64,000 nucleotides of DNA, from positions 1-64,000 of the forward strand of contig JAQGDQ010000877.1 of NCBI GenBank assembly GCA_030141605.1. The letters run 5' to 3'. Position numbers and translations under genes: made by a program. The notes under the pieces were generated by a model that was not told the origin of the DNA, searched no databases, and saw only the letters and a list, made by a program, of their open reading frames with translations. Origin of the DNA: Tubiluchus corallicola. Lineage: Eukaryota > Animalia > Priapulida. Below are positions 38,151 to 64,000 of the stretch, in pieces; position 1 is the stretch's first letter; the number at the start of each line of letters is the position of its first letter.

Positions 38151-49987
<11,837 letters not shown>

Positions 49988-50312
49988 TTTCCCTAATCAC
50001 AGCGTGAAAACTTTGCCTCTGTGACACACAGAAATGTGCTAACACTCATGATAAACTGTTTATAAATTCCATCACGCAAAAATTTTTAACTTTCACAATT
50101 CCAGAACCATTTTACTAATTAAGTTAAAGGACAGCGCGACATCTGACGGTGACATATCAAAATGCGTATACGTATATATATTTTGTCGCTAGATGGCGCA
50201 GAATGATTTCTGATTTTGTATTGATAGGTTCAGAGATTTTATTTGGACGTCTGCAAAAACGTGGGGAAATAACTTAGTTTGCCAAAGATCTTAAAAAAGT
50301 TCAGGCGAAAAA
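49988..50312. promoter_or_regulatory. Probable bidirectional promoter between DGCR2-like (-) and PXMP2-like (+)
   Basis: Start codons lie 325 bp apart, head to head; CTCF-like motif tcgctagatggcgca at 50186-50200. Confidence 0.65.
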
Positions 50313-53300
50313 ATGGAAAGCGTTGAGACCGAAAAGAAACATTCTGTATTGCTACAGAAAGCATTAATTTTATATTTACAACAACTATATGAAAGACCAG
50401 TTCTTACTAAAGCAATTACAAGGTTTGTTCTGCTAAAATATTAATTGTACCATCGAATTGTTTAGTGACATCGCTTAGCTATACTTGGCACTGGGAGCAC
50501 ACCATTCTAGCTACAGAGTACAATAACTATTTATATTGGACTAAATATTTGAGCACTGTGAATTTTTGTAGGTTAAAAATCTTCACGTCTTACATAAAAA
50601 ACAATGTAACATCTATAAACACAAAATATTCACTTATATGATGCATTATCTGTTGAACAATCACACATCCGAATACTTCAATATGTGATATAGTGCTGAT
50701 CAGTCATCAACTGTCAAAAGGTTACTCTCTAAATATCATGATAGTTTGGTGACCTGGATCAAGATAGCAACCACAAGTCATTCAAAAGTCGATATGCATA
50801 AATGAACAATGGATTAAAACAAACAAAGCTAGCTCTTTCCAGTTTTAAAATGCAACAGGCATGTTGGTAGTAGTTAGTAGCAGAGCTCCGGGCCTTAAGG
50901 ATGCTATTACATTTTGTTTTTTTAGTATTAGCAAATATCCACTGCTCACATACCAGCTTTTTTATGATTTTTTAAGTCGATCCACCTTATCTGAATCATG
51001 TTATAAGAACTTATAAGGTCACACTAAAATCATGTTAAGAGGACTGTTAGTGAAAGCCGGAACATTTTTGAGAGACCAGAAAAAAATTATTGCAAATCAT
51101 AAGCTTTAAGGATCAGGACAGTTAATTAATAGCTGCACTGTTTACTGAGCTACTTCTTTTGATGGCAGTCTATTAGTTAACAAATATTTGCATTGCTTGT
51201 TTTCAGTGGGGTGGTAGCTGGTCTGGCAGATGCTATTGCTCAGTACATTGTGTTGAGGCAAAAAGCCCTTAAAGCAGGTAACGAAAAGGAGAAGGCTGAT
51301 TTCAACCTACGAAGCATAGCTGCATTTGCTGCTTTCGGGTGTGTATACCTAAATACTTGTTGGTATTTGCTTCTAAAATGCACTGTTGTTTACTAAATAT
51401 TTGTTTTTGGTAGCATCTCATTAATGACTTTTTAGAAAACGTTAGTTGCTGCAACTGCCTTTGTGCTTGGAAAATTTTAGGAACATGAATGGATCAGGTC
51501 CATAGTCTTTGAGATTTAGATACAGTTAGCTGTTGCCAGTCTAAACAAGTTGTCGTGCTTTCCAGCAGTCATGAACTTGGTTTATTGTTTTCTTTTATTC
51601 TTGAATTTCAATAACTTTATTTTGTATGTACTGCAATCTGAATTTTGGGTTATGTTAATATTAGTCTGGCATCACAAAGAGAACAAGGCAAAGAAACGTG
51701 TTAATGCTGACATCTATCTTCAAAAAATACAAACTATGGAAATAGGCAAAATGTTGTTTGATTATTTATCTGCATTTAATGTGGAGACTTTTGACTGACA
51801 GTGCCATGTATTTCTTTTCAGTGGTTTTGTCACCGCTCCACTGGCACATTACTTTTACAAACTACTAGACATAGTAGTTCCTCCAACAGCCAACAGGGCG
51901 AGCCTAATTCGGCTTATAATTGACAGAGGAGTGTTTGCTCCATTTCTCATTCTTCTGTTTTTTTATTTTGTCACTATAGCTGAGGTGAGTATTTCATATT
52001 CTTGTCAGTTGTAATAAAAATGAAAGGTAAGTAAAAATAGCATTTTTTGACCTTTGACTCTATTTGCTGCTTTGCAATAACGGAAAATTTTCCATCATTG
52101 ATAATAGCTGAAAATGATCATTAATGTTTTGGAGAGCTCCGATTCTCTAATTAACGAAACCAAATTAGCAAAATTTGTGACTGAGCTTTGACTTGAACCG
52201 GAGCTTTTGGTTTACAAGCTATTGCCATGAACACTATACCACACAGCTCCTTGTGATGAAGGTAGGTTGCAAATTCTATCCTGAAAGCACGCGAAGAAAT
52301 TAAACCAGCATTTCCAACTAGTCCCAATACACATTTTGCTCTTCTGATTTAGTATGATTTAAAAATGTTGTTTACTGTGCGTATATTGTATCACTTGTAG
52401 ATAATCTTGATCTTTAAAATAATGAATGCTTACTTATTGTTGACTGGAAATTTGTTGTCATATAAAAATATTATTGTGACTAACCTTTTTATAACATAGC
52501 AATCCACTCACTGAATGTCCATATTGTGCACCTTACCTATTCACATCTTTGCATTCTAACATAGTAAGCAGTTACCTCACCAGTAATTTCAGTCTGTGTA
52601 CAAAAATTAATTTGGCTGCATATATTAGATTAATTTGTTTGTACTCATGTTAAAGTTTGTACGAAGGATATATATTACTTTATGTTACATTAAAGAATGT
52701 ACAAGTTTCTAAAAGTTGATTTTATAATTAATACTTTGAAAAATGAACACAGATGAACGACGCTTTTTGAACAACGGATGCATATAAACAACTTATAGTA
52801 GTATAGCCACTGAAATTTCAGAAGCAGGAACACATAACACTGATATAAGTTAGTAATTGTTAAAATTTCAAGAACTGAAGTAATATCTGTGTTCGACCCT
52901 CTTTATGTGTCCTTTACACCTGCATTCATCTATGCCAAAAGGTAACAGAAAATGCCGCCTTCGTGAAGTTTGGATTTTTCACAGAACTTGTAACCTGTAA
53001 TTTGATGCCTGCTTATGCATGCCTTACTCTTCTTTTAAAGCCTGAATTTTACCTGAAACTTTCATCCTTGTCAAAAAACCTTGGCACAAAAAAGTTATCT
53101 CTGTCACATAGTTGGACTGTTGTCCTGATACTTGACACTTATCGCAGAATTTAACACATGTCATTAAGTTTGGCACGTGACTCGATGCCCTGTTTTACGG
53201 CTTCATCTCCATATAAAAATCTTGTTGTGAAAGTTTGAACTCTTTCACAAAACAAAATAGTGGTGGCCGGTCGGCATTATTTGGTAACGAGCCAATCAAC

Positions 53301-56248
53301 TTTTACCATTCGCCGATACTGATTGATCACAAGTCAGATAAAGTACGAAAATATTATTGCTGTAAAAATTATTTTTGTACTGTGTTGTCTTATCAGTTAC
53401 CTTGTGCAACAAAATATATTACTAGGAGTCTTCACTGATATTTTTAATCATTTATCTGATTTTCGGGACTTTATTAATTTCATCAATAGAATAAAGCAAA
53501 ACTTTGAAGTTTTGCTGGACTAAATTAATGATTTCTATGTAATTAACCATCTTATTTCTATTCTACACGTTTGGTTGGTGGCTTTTGCAAGGCAACTCAA
53601 TGAAATACGATTGCCACACGAACATAATTTTATATTTGACAATATATCGACATCTCAAAACTTTTTCTCTAAGTTTTAAATACCGGTACTTGTTTTTACA
53701 TTTTCTTATAAAGTCAGCAATTTCTACGGCGTGATCAACTCAATAATTTACCAAGCCGATCAATAGTTTATTGACGACCCCGAACTTGTTCATCGATCAC
53801 AAATGAACAACACTGTTCATTCATGAATCAGTGATTAGCCCGGCCCATCACTAAAACATGACTCTTGGTTACCACATTAGAGCTGCTTTTCTGTATCTGT
53901 CTACGATTTGGTTATTATAAGAACCTTTTATTTGCCTCAACTTCCCAATAAATTCAGCAGCAGAGCAGTTTTATTTCCATAACCTTTTTTCTGAGAAATC
54001 ACATTTAAGTGAGATCAGGAACGAAGAAAGTGAAAATGTCATAATTCAACTGTGAACGTTTTAAGTTCTTTGCTCCTTAGGGTGGTTCTGTCGAAGATGC
54101 TGAGAAGAAGATAAGACAACGATACTGGGCTGCAGTGAAAATGAACTGGAGAGTCTGGACACCTATTCAATACATCAACCTGAATTATGTGCCCTTACAG
54201 GTATGTTACGTTTTATTGTTTTTGAGAAAATGTTATGCAAGAAGTACATTAATAGAAATTAACTCACGTCCGGGCTAAATACATACTGCATATACAGTCA
54301 ACCTCGGATATAAGGGACACCTCGGGGCCGGAAAAAACCGTCCTTTATATCCGATGTCCCTTATAGCCGAAGTCGAGTCAGACTGATGGTGTATCTAGAC
54401 CTCTACTCTGCTGTACTTTTACCCATATTTTTATGGATTATTGTTACACATTCAGTGCAAATGGTATGTAGGAAGCTCCTTCAGTGATGCGAGTTGTATG
54501 TGACCGCGGAAACCGAGCTGTTTGCGGAAAATTGATGTTAAAAATCGATCAATTTCACTTTGGTCACAGGGTCCCTTATATGCGAGGTAATTTACCTAGG
54601 TTTCTATTATGTGGGACCTAAAGATATTGTCCCTTATAGCCGAATGTCCCTTATATTAGAGTACCTTATATACAAAGATTTTTACGTAGGAAAAATGTTA
54701 CGAAAACTCGGGACCGGTGTTGGTGGTCCCTTATAAGCGAGTACCTTATACCCGAGGTTGACTGTAATATGAACTTGTTTCGTGAATAGTGCTTCGTGAA
54801 GGGTGCACCTCTAATTACACAACCGGATGATCTGTTCAAGCCTATCCTGCAAAGTTTGTTTGAGACTCTTGAATATGATTTCTCCAGTCACCAGTATGGC
54901 TTGAAGCTGCTTAAAAGCTCAAGACTAAAAACTGAGTGTTTATCAACTTTACACATTGAGTTTAAGTCATATTTTGATGTACAGTAGAATATACTTAATA
55001 AATCAGGTCCCTTATTGCGACCACTGTTGCTGACATACAATTGCCTAATGCTTTAACCTTGTAATAGCCTTCATTTATTAAATTCGAGCTTCACTTTATA
55101 AATCCGCCTTCTGTGTTGTAAACACAACAAAACTGTGACGTAAGACCGTACGACTGTGCAATATTTTAGTTTGAGCTAGATCAGCATTTTTGTTCTTAGC
55201 ACATTTCACACACCTTTGTGTTTTTTCCACTTAATTCTGCAATGTAATAACATAGAAAATGCTACTTAATAGGCTTTTCTGTTTTATAAGTCCAGCCGCT
55301 TAATAAATCCATTTGTCTTTTCACCAGTGGATTTATTGAAGCAAAAGCCAAGTCTCTTGGGAAGTTGAGCTTATTCTAATATTTCAGGAAAATGTTAGAA
55401 AGTTTCAGCAATGAAATTCTTATGATCGCTGTATGTAATTAGTAAAATCAATTTAAAGTTGCCGTCACTTCATGTTTGGGCGCGCTCATTTTAGACGAGA
55501 AATGGTGCCATCCAGTTTCTGTGCAATGTAAACAGTTATTCCGCCAGGTGCTTGACTTATAGAGAGAACTCTATAAACTAAGTAACCCACCCGGTACCTA
55601 CTGTATGCTCGCACATTTACATGAGTATCTTAAAAGTCAACAAAAGCCTGTAAATTAATTACCTTTGCCCAATTAATGTATACCACTTACATATTTTATG
55701 GCATAGTCCTGTGGTTTAAGAATACGTAACCACTTTAAACTTGGTCATAATTGATCAAATGACTTTTTACACAAACACAGTTAAATACAATGCTAGATTA
55801 ACTGAACTTCTGAGCGAGCTGTAGAAATTTCTCAACTTGTCTTGCCTTCACAGCATTCACGTTGCCCAGCAGACACCAGCCTACATCGTTTTTTTCCAAA
55901 TATGCCAGCAGTTTTGTTCCTTTGGCGGAAGATAATAAAATATTTAAACTTCTTTTACATTTTTAAGCAAAGCATTCTATGCGAATATGTTGTATGATGT
56001 TTTCAATATTTTTAATTGTATATTAAAATGCAATAAATGTTGTTCGAGGGTTTGTTCTTCCTTTAAACGAAGTATACTGTACTGAAACATTATGTAGCTG
56101 TTCTTTTGTTTTTGCACTTTCTCCTCGAGTCCAGATGGTTATGTTTGACCTCGGTTCATTTCTGATTTTTTTGTAGTATCGTGTGCTGTTTGGAAACTTG
56201 TTTGGCTTAGTATGGAGTGTTTACCTGTCGACAAAGCGAAGAGGTTAA
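50313..56248 (+). CDS. PXMP2: Peroxisomal membrane protein 2 (Mpv17/PMP22 family), 5 exons
   Basis: Exons 50313-50422, 51207-51338, 51822-51984, 54081-54200, 56177-56248 (TAA). YLQQLYERPVLTKAITSG, APLAHYFY, LIIDRGVFAP, YWAAVKMNWRVWTPIQYINLNYVPLQYRVLFGNL. Confidence 0.93.
52183..52248 (-). mobile_element. Degenerate tRNA-like head (SINE fragment or tRNA pseudogene)
   Basis: Minus strand agctgtgtggtatagtg...ccggttcaagtc carries A- and B-box-like motifs but no clean cloverleaf. Confidence 0.4.
53258..53853. mobile_element. hAT-type MITE
   Basis: TIR tagtggtggccgg / ccggcccatcacta; degenerate 8-bp target duplication aaacaaaa / aaacatga. Confidence 0.65.
54295..54764. mobile_element. Tc1/mariner MITE family B, opposite orientation to 12106-12773
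   Basis: ta|cagtcaacctcggatataagg ... ccttatacccgaggttgactg|ta. Confidence 0.88.
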
Positions 56249-57497
56249 AGGACTTTACCAAAAGCTATGTTGCTTTATATGTATAATTTGCAATTATGAT
56301 ATGCAGTATTACACAATTTTTACAGGTTGAACGTGATTTTAAGAGGTTTTAGAATTTTTAAAAGCTTTCAAAGTGTTATTTTAGAATTATGTTTAATAAT
56401 TGTAAATAATTACCAGAAATATAGAATAATTAGAGTAGTAGAAAATTGAGCGTAGTGAACAATAGGAATATAGGATCGGGTTAAACATACTCAAGAAAAT
56501 ATGTTATGTGTTGTATGTCATATGTTTTATGAAAAGTGATACAGTTTGTCAGGGGTGATAATTATATTGTGACAACTTATCAAGTCTTACTGTTGATGTG
56601 ACCACGAAGTTTGTTTTCAGTGCGATGTTTCACTACTGCAAGACATTAAATTTATCAGACAACAAGTAATCTAACTCTGCTTTATTATTGAACAATGCTT
56701 TTTCCAACTGTTTGTGGTGTGTTAAGGAAATGGTGCCATAAATGTTAACTGTTTGTGGTGTGTTATGGTAGCTGTAAGGTCGTCATTTGGACACTCAAAA
56801 TTATTTTCCTGATTTGGAAATTTTACTGTAAAACTTTTTCTCTTTAAAATGCTTTATTTGAGACGAATTACTGGAGAGTAAAGAAAATTGTAAAGTTGTA
56901 AGAAACTTGCAGAAACGTTTAAGAACTATAATACACTTCACATGGTGTGTCACTATTTTATTTGTTGCTATGCTGACATCCAGGTAATCAAGAACTAGTG
57001 AAAACAAACTACTGATATATCAAACTATATAAGGGTTTAAGTAATTATGTTTCAATTTTTAAATTAAAAAAATAACTAATAATTATGAAATTGTGCAAGT
57101 CTGTTTTAGTCTCCGTGATAATTTTTTTAACATTGTTGCTAAAGTAGGCTTCATTGCTGAAATGTACTTCGTAACTGTGATAACAAATGTTTAATTTTTT
57201 ATGTGCATTTTTGTACCTATGCCATTCAATTTTATGATACTTTTTTAATTTGTGCTGCTGTATATATCACTTTAATAACAGATTTAATAGCCATTGTTGT
57301 TGGTTTTTGTGATCATTGATTTTTATATTAAATTTAAATAAAAACCTATTTTACTGCAAATATATTTACGTCTTTGTTTTGTGATTGTTATTGTTTGCAT
57401 TTTCTTGTTTATCTCATGGTGGATTGAAATCTTGCCATCTCATTTTCGTAGTGACATCACATTTGCTGAGCATTATTATTTTCTTAGTAGCTTGGTA

Positions 57498-57592
57498 ACA
57501 ATTAAATGCCTGCAGGGTTCAAGAATTTTTTCAAGCCTGCTCAATGTGAATGTAGAAACAAAAATACTAAACTGTTTGAAATCCAAAAAAAT
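57498..57592 (+). repeat. Flanking direct repeat R1 (95 bp)
   Basis: Matches 58813-58907 with 3 mismatches by eye. Confidence 0.9.
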
Positions 57593-58812
57593 CTTCACGT
57601 CTTACATAAAAAACAATGTAACATCTATAAACACAAAATATTCACTTATATGATGCATTATCTGTTGAACAATCACACATCCGAATACTTCAATATGTGA
57701 TGTAGTGCTGATCAGCCATCAACTGTCAAAAGGTTACTCTCTAAATATCATGATAGTTTGGTGACCTGGATCAAGATAGCAACCACAAGTCATTCAAAAG
57801 TCGATATGCATAAATGAACAATGGATTAAAACAAACAAAGCTAGCTCTTTCCAGTTTTAAAATACAACAGGCATGTTGGTAGTAGTAAGTAGCAGAGCTC
57901 CGGGCCTTAAGGATGCTATTACATTTTGTTTTTTTAGTATTAGCAAATATCCACTGCTCACATACCAGCTTTTTTATGATTTTTTAAGTCGATCCACCTT
58001 ATCTGAATCATGTTATAAGAACTTATAAGGTCACACTAAAATCATGTTAAGAGGACTGTTAGTGAAAGCCGGAACATTTTTGAGAGACCAGAAAAAAATT
58101 ATTGCAAATCATAAGCTTTAAAGATCAGGACAGTTAATTAATAGCTGCACTGTTTACTGAGCTACTTCTTTTGATGGCCAGTCTATTAGTTAACAAATAT
58201 TTGCATTGCTTGTTTTCAGTGGGGTGGTAGCTGGTCTGGCAGATGCTATTGCTCAGTACATTGTGTTGAGGCAAAAAGCCCTTAAAGCAGGTAACGAAAA
58301 GGAGAAGGCTGATTTCAACCTACGAAGCATAGCTGCATTTGCTGCTTTCGGGTGTGTATACCTAAATACTTGTTGGTATTTGCTTCAAAAATGTACTGTT
58401 GTTTACTAAATATTTGTTTTTGGTAGCATCTCATCAATGACTTTTTAACGTTAGAAAACGTTAGTTGCTGCAACTGCCTTTGTGCTTGGAAAATTTTAGG
58501 AACATGAATGGATCAGGTCCATAGTCTTTGAGATTTAGATATAGTTAGATGTTGCCAGTCTAAACAAGTTGTCGTGTTTTCCAGCGGTCATGAACTTGGT
58601 TTATTGTTTTCTTTTATTCTTGAATTTGAATAACTTTATTTTGTGTGTACTGCAATCTGAATCTTGGGTTATGTTAATATTAGTCTGGCATCACAAACAG
58701 AACAAGGCAAAGAAACGTGTTAATGCTGACATCTATCTTCAAAAAATACAAACTATGGAAATAGGCAAAATGTTGTTTCTTTATTTATCTGCATTTAATG
58801 TGGAGACTTTTG

Positions 58813-58814
<2 letters not shown>
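57587..58814 (+). pseudogene. PXMP2: Duplicated PXMP2 segment (part of intron 1, exon 2 at 58220-58351, most of intron 2)
   Basis: Colinear with 50575-51795; exon 2 copy identical with intact splice sites; about 20 differences in the intronic parts. Confidence 0.93.
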
Positions 58815-59454
<640 letters not shown>

Positions 59455-60331
59455 GAAGAAAAACTAACTGGTTGAATCCGTGATCCTAACACAGTAGTAG
59501 TAATTCAAAAGTTTTGTGCAGGTCATGAATTTTTGTCATTTTTTATGCTTTGCTTTCATTATTGCGCACTAGATGCCAGCACCAGGAAACAGTCTGCATT
59601 ACCCGATAAAAATAAGAGGATTTTGCTGCAACTGCGTGATTCTGAGTGCTGTGTTTCTGTACTGTAGGCTGCAAACTTTTTTGAAAATAATAAATTATGG
59701 CCAATAACGGAAAAGCGTTATTAAGATTTTCTTGCTTTGCGTTACTTCGTTTAAGAAGCAAACCTCCACGAACAGTTGAGCAGTGTTCTCTACATTCCGT
59801 TACTATACGTGGATTGAGTAGTAAGTTATGAATTACAGTAAAACTATAATATCTTTATACCGAACCTGCTAGGGACTAAAAAGTACTCTATAATCATACG
59901 CGGTTAATGTTTATATCTAATGGACAAGCATATATTCATGTCATGTATCAATAATGTACACCTGTGGCTTCATAGAGCCACGGATTTACACTACTATATA
60001 TAGTATTAGAGGATTTGCCTTACTAAAAGTAAAAGTACTTTAGAGGATGCTATCAACTACTTTGCAGCAGAAGTAAAAAAACACAAACTAATTTCACATT
60101 TATTAAGGTTTAGAAAAATCAGGAACTTTTGTTTACAAGTGTAAAATTTCTGTTTGTCTAGCTTGTATAAAAAGTGTTTACAGCAAACTAACTGCAGAAA
60201 AGTATTCGTCACTTGATGAAACAGAAGTGGCTACAAACATGTCAAGTATCTTGGGTGCAGAAAGAATTTATGCACTTGTAGGAGTTTCACTGTTGATTTT
60301 TGTGTGTTAAAATCTTTCATTTTTTCTCTAG

Positions 60332-63300
60332 CTTCGCCACATTTAAATTCTTCTCAAGGTACGATCGGTTTTATTGGTCTGGGTAATATGGGTGCGCACA
60401 TGGCACGAAACCTACTCAGTAAAGGTTATGGACTGATCGTCAACGACGTAATGCCCGATGCTATGGACGAGCTAAAAAAGGATGGTATGCAACTTTAATG
60501 TTATGGACTTGTGATATGGTAATAACTGATTTAACGTGTTGAAGAGGCAAGTTTTAGTTTGCACAGTTTGTTTGTAACTTGTTTTATGCAATTAGCAGTG
60601 AACTAGTCATTTCTTTACCATTAAAACTGAATGGTTTGAATGATTGTCAGTTTTCAATGAATTTCAACACCGTCTGCATACTGTATTATATCTTTTCATG
60701 CCTTCTACTTTGTTGTTATTATATGTACAATATAGAAACAGAAAATTATATGAAATGTTATTGTATGAAATGAATGAATGAGTGAATGTGAGAGAGTGTG
60801 GCTCAACTTAAAGAATACAAAATTAGAAACATATTTTGCAGAAGTTTTTGCAATTCTAATAAGTTCAAAACACGTTTAATGTCAATTACTAATTTCTTGT
60901 TTATTATGTGTTTACAACTTTAGTTTAACGCTCTTGCATTTTAGGAGCTTCCGTAGCCGGTAATCCCGCTGAAGTAGCAGAACAGACTAAGCTCATAGTA
61001 ACCATGTTGCCGTCCAGTCCACATGTGAGAGAAGTGTACACAGGAAAGAGCGGTATTTTCAAGTTAGTTTTAAGTTGTTGAATTATCTCAAGAATTTTTG
61101 TTTTTTGGCTCATCATGAACATTTTTTGCAACCTAATTATTGTTTTGAAGTTATTTGCCTTTTGTGCTTTCTTTTTGCAAAGCTTTATTTCATCTTTTTC
61201 GGCAATGTACTTCAAAGTTGCTTGCAGGTAGTCATGAGTTTATCTGGAAATAAGATTTTTGTTTTGGTATTTTAGATTCATACACGGAAATATTACCATA
61301 TTTGTATATGTATAATAAATGCATATATTTTTAATGCGAATCACATATGTCGTAGTAAAACCACGAATATCATCTGAAATGTGAAATGCTTATGGCTAAG
61401 CTGACATTTGAACCAAAGACTTCCTGGCCACATTGCCATTGCAGTACCAGTTAGACCAGTCAGTTACTGCTGATTTAGGCCTTTCTAAATGTAATTTTGA
61501 TTATAGGGTTAAAAGCTGTTACACATTTTCCTTTCTCTAACTATGTTTACTCCTTTAGTGGCCTATCTTGTCTAATTAGATTTGAATTAATTTAAAAATT
61601 TGTTGATCAGTGAATAAATATTTAGCAGTTATTGTGAAGATTACAAAACAGCAAGTTTACATCATCAACGATTAACGTAATTTGTTTCAGTAAAGTACAG
61701 AAGGACACGTTACTTATTGACAGCAGCACGATCGATCCTGCAGTGTCTCAAGAGATGGCAGCACTCGCCAACAGCAAAGCTGCCACATTTATGGATGCAC
61801 CAGTATCCGGAGGTATACTCGTCTACACTGCTATAAAAATTAATATGTGGAACAGTGCTTTCTCTGGCGCACTGCTGAAATTTAAGTGAATAAAAGTCCA
61901 GAATGTGTATAGAATAGTATAGTATAGTGTAGTGTAGTGTAGTGTAGTGTAGTGTAGTGTAGTGTAGTGTAGTGTAGTGTAGTGTAGTGTAGTGTAGTGT
62001 AGTGTAGTGTAGCGTAGTATAGTATAGCATAGCATAGCATAGTATATAGTACAGTATGTGTGCCATTTAGCTGCTAGGTACACTTATATCTCAGTTTGCC
62101 GGACAAAAGCAGGGAGACGTCGCTCTGAATTTGCTGATTGTCTGTATTTACCAATACTAAGTTAATATAGTACACGCTGTATCAAAGACTCACGGTAAAG
62201 AGGTATCAATTGTCTAATTGTCTCAAAAACATCTAATATGAGCAGCTCCTATGCAAAATTATATAAAAACTGTTGGCAGTTGACTCAAATAACTGCATAA
62301 TTAATTCTATATTTTGTATGACTAATGACCTCTTACTATTTTTTTGTTGTCTTATTTCACTTTTGTGCACTATAGTATATGTAGAAACAATCACGTTAAG
62401 TACAGTTTGTTTGGTAGCAAGCTTTAAGGATGTAAACAAAGTGACGGCCCGCCAACTAGTGGTCAACTCGCGAAACAGTGGACTGTATCTGTAGTATACG
62501 GGGGGCTTTTTGACCTTCTAAATTTTGTCCGAGTTCTTCAGATATTCGTAAAACCGAGGTCCGGCAAACCAATATTGGGCTGTATTGTGGTGTTTAATCT
62601 ATTACCATGGCGACACTCTCAAAAGTTCCTACGAAAATAATTAAAATAAACCATGCTAGAAAGTTCTTTTTGTTTCATGAATTCAGTCTCTTCCCCAATG
62701 TCCAAACCGATTGTCATCGTAAGTCGACAAGTATCTGTATACGCATAGAAATGTGTTTGTAGTTGTACACTCCTATGGCAGAGCCCTCTATTGTTAGCCT
62801 AAAGAATAAGTAGCACATCCATTAGTAGTGTGGATGCACGCAGTCCAGGCAATAAAACGGCAAAAATCAGTATTGAACTGCGCGATAGACCTGCAATTTA
62901 TTAAAATAACAGATCACAAAAAGTGCTTATGAATGTGCTAAAGCTTATTACTATTTAGACAAAATGAAAAGTTAGATTTAAGAAGACTGAAATACAAATT
63001 ATTACTTTATGATTCTAGAGATTTGAAGCTGTTCTAACCAATTTAAACTATTAACTAATTATTAAAGTAGATGGTGACTTACATTTACTGGTGACAATTT
63101 TGGCTTGAAAATACAACTAGTGACTATTAAATTGCAACAAAATAGACAAAGCAATGCAAGTATCACCAAACGGCATGGTCAGCATAGCGGCAACAGAAAG
63201 TGTAACTACGTGTAAAAACAAGGTGATTGATAGGTGGCGTGCACTACCTAAGCTTAGGTCACATGACTAAGGCTGGCTTCGTTTTAAACAGTTTCAGGAA

Positions 63301-63653
63301 ATGCATGTTTGTAAAAATGCGAAAAGAAAACAAATAATGATAGAATTTTAAATTAAATTGCTTGACACCAACAAGTAGTAATTTGCTGCATTGTTACATT
63401 GTTTGTTTAGACTGAATGAGTTTGTGGTTTTCTTTTTTTTAGGTGTCCTGGCAGCACGTGACGCGGGCCTGACGTTCATGGTCGGAGGAAGTGAATCACG
63501 TTTTCCGGAAGCGTCCAAAGTGTTAAGCTGCATGGGGAAGAATGTGGTGCACTGCGGAGACGTGGGAACCGGAGAAGCAGCTAAGATCTGTAACAACATG
63601 CTGCTGGCTATTTCAATGATCGGAACTTCTGAAACGATGAATTTAGGAATAAA
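60332..63653 (+). CDS. HIBADH: 3-hydroxyisobutyrate dehydrogenase, partial (continues beyond the window; first exon uncertain, candidate ATG at 60239)
   Basis: Exons 60332-60484, 60945-61062, 61691-61812, 63443-63653. [81 protein letters not shown]. Confidence 0.95.
61913..62050. repeat. Pentanucleotide microsatellite (GTGTA/GTATA/GCATA)n
   Basis: Directly visible; accounts for the YTTLH ORFs. Confidence 0.95.
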
Positions 63654-63748
63654 GTAAAGAATTTTGGAAGGAGTTTACAATTCTCTACACAGTGTAGGGA
63701 ATTGTAAACTTTAGCCGGAAATTTTTTTGTAGATGTAGCTCTAGCTTA

Positions 63749-63779
<31 letters not shown>

Positions 63780-63866
63780 GCATTAGTGCAATGGCAGAAA
63801 AACCAAGTGTTGGTTATTACTCATTTTTCAACCTTTTGCTTTGTTTCTTATGTAAATAATATTACA

Positions 63867-63985
63867 CTAGCAAAGGCTCCGCGAAAAATTTTGCATATAA
63901 ATCCACTTATAATCAACAATGCGTGAACATCCTACCTAGTGTTCATTTATTTACCTAATGCCAAGCCAGCAGCAGGAGCTTTTTT
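63867..63985 (-). mobile_element. 3' end of the Helitron-like family, minus strand
   Basis: Reverse complement aligns to ~8975-9091, including the hairpin and terminal CTAG|T. Confidence 0.85.
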
Positions 63986-64000
63986 CTTATGCTGCTTGCT

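Noticed and set aside
61710-62083. YTTLH-repeat ORFs
   Set aside because: Translations of a pentanucleotide microsatellite.

Overview
AT-rich, intron-rich animal genomic DNA (probably an invertebrate; the species cannot be determined from sequence alone). I reconstructed by hand five multi-exon genes with phase-consistent GT-AG junctions: TYW1 (+), an NFATC2IP/NIP45-like RENi protein with two SUMO-like domains (+), a DGCR2/IDD-like single-pass membrane protein (-), PXMP2-like (+) and HIBADH (+, runs off the window). There is also an orphan first coding exon of a glucose-6-phosphatase just upstream of TYW1. Introns and intergenic DNA carry many non-autonomous DNA transposons (Tc1/pogo, hAT, Mutator, Kolobok-like, Helitron-like), LINE/SINE remnants, a 47-bp minisatellite and microsatellites. 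The most unusual structure is at 57.5-59.5 kb: a repeat-insert-repeat-insert-repeat cluster. A near-identical copy of 1.2 kb of the neighbouring PXMP2 gene and a decayed VCP/p97 fragment are each flanked by long direct duplications of the same local sequence, and the two duplications differ clearly in age. Gene identities rest on my recall of family motifs; no database search was run.
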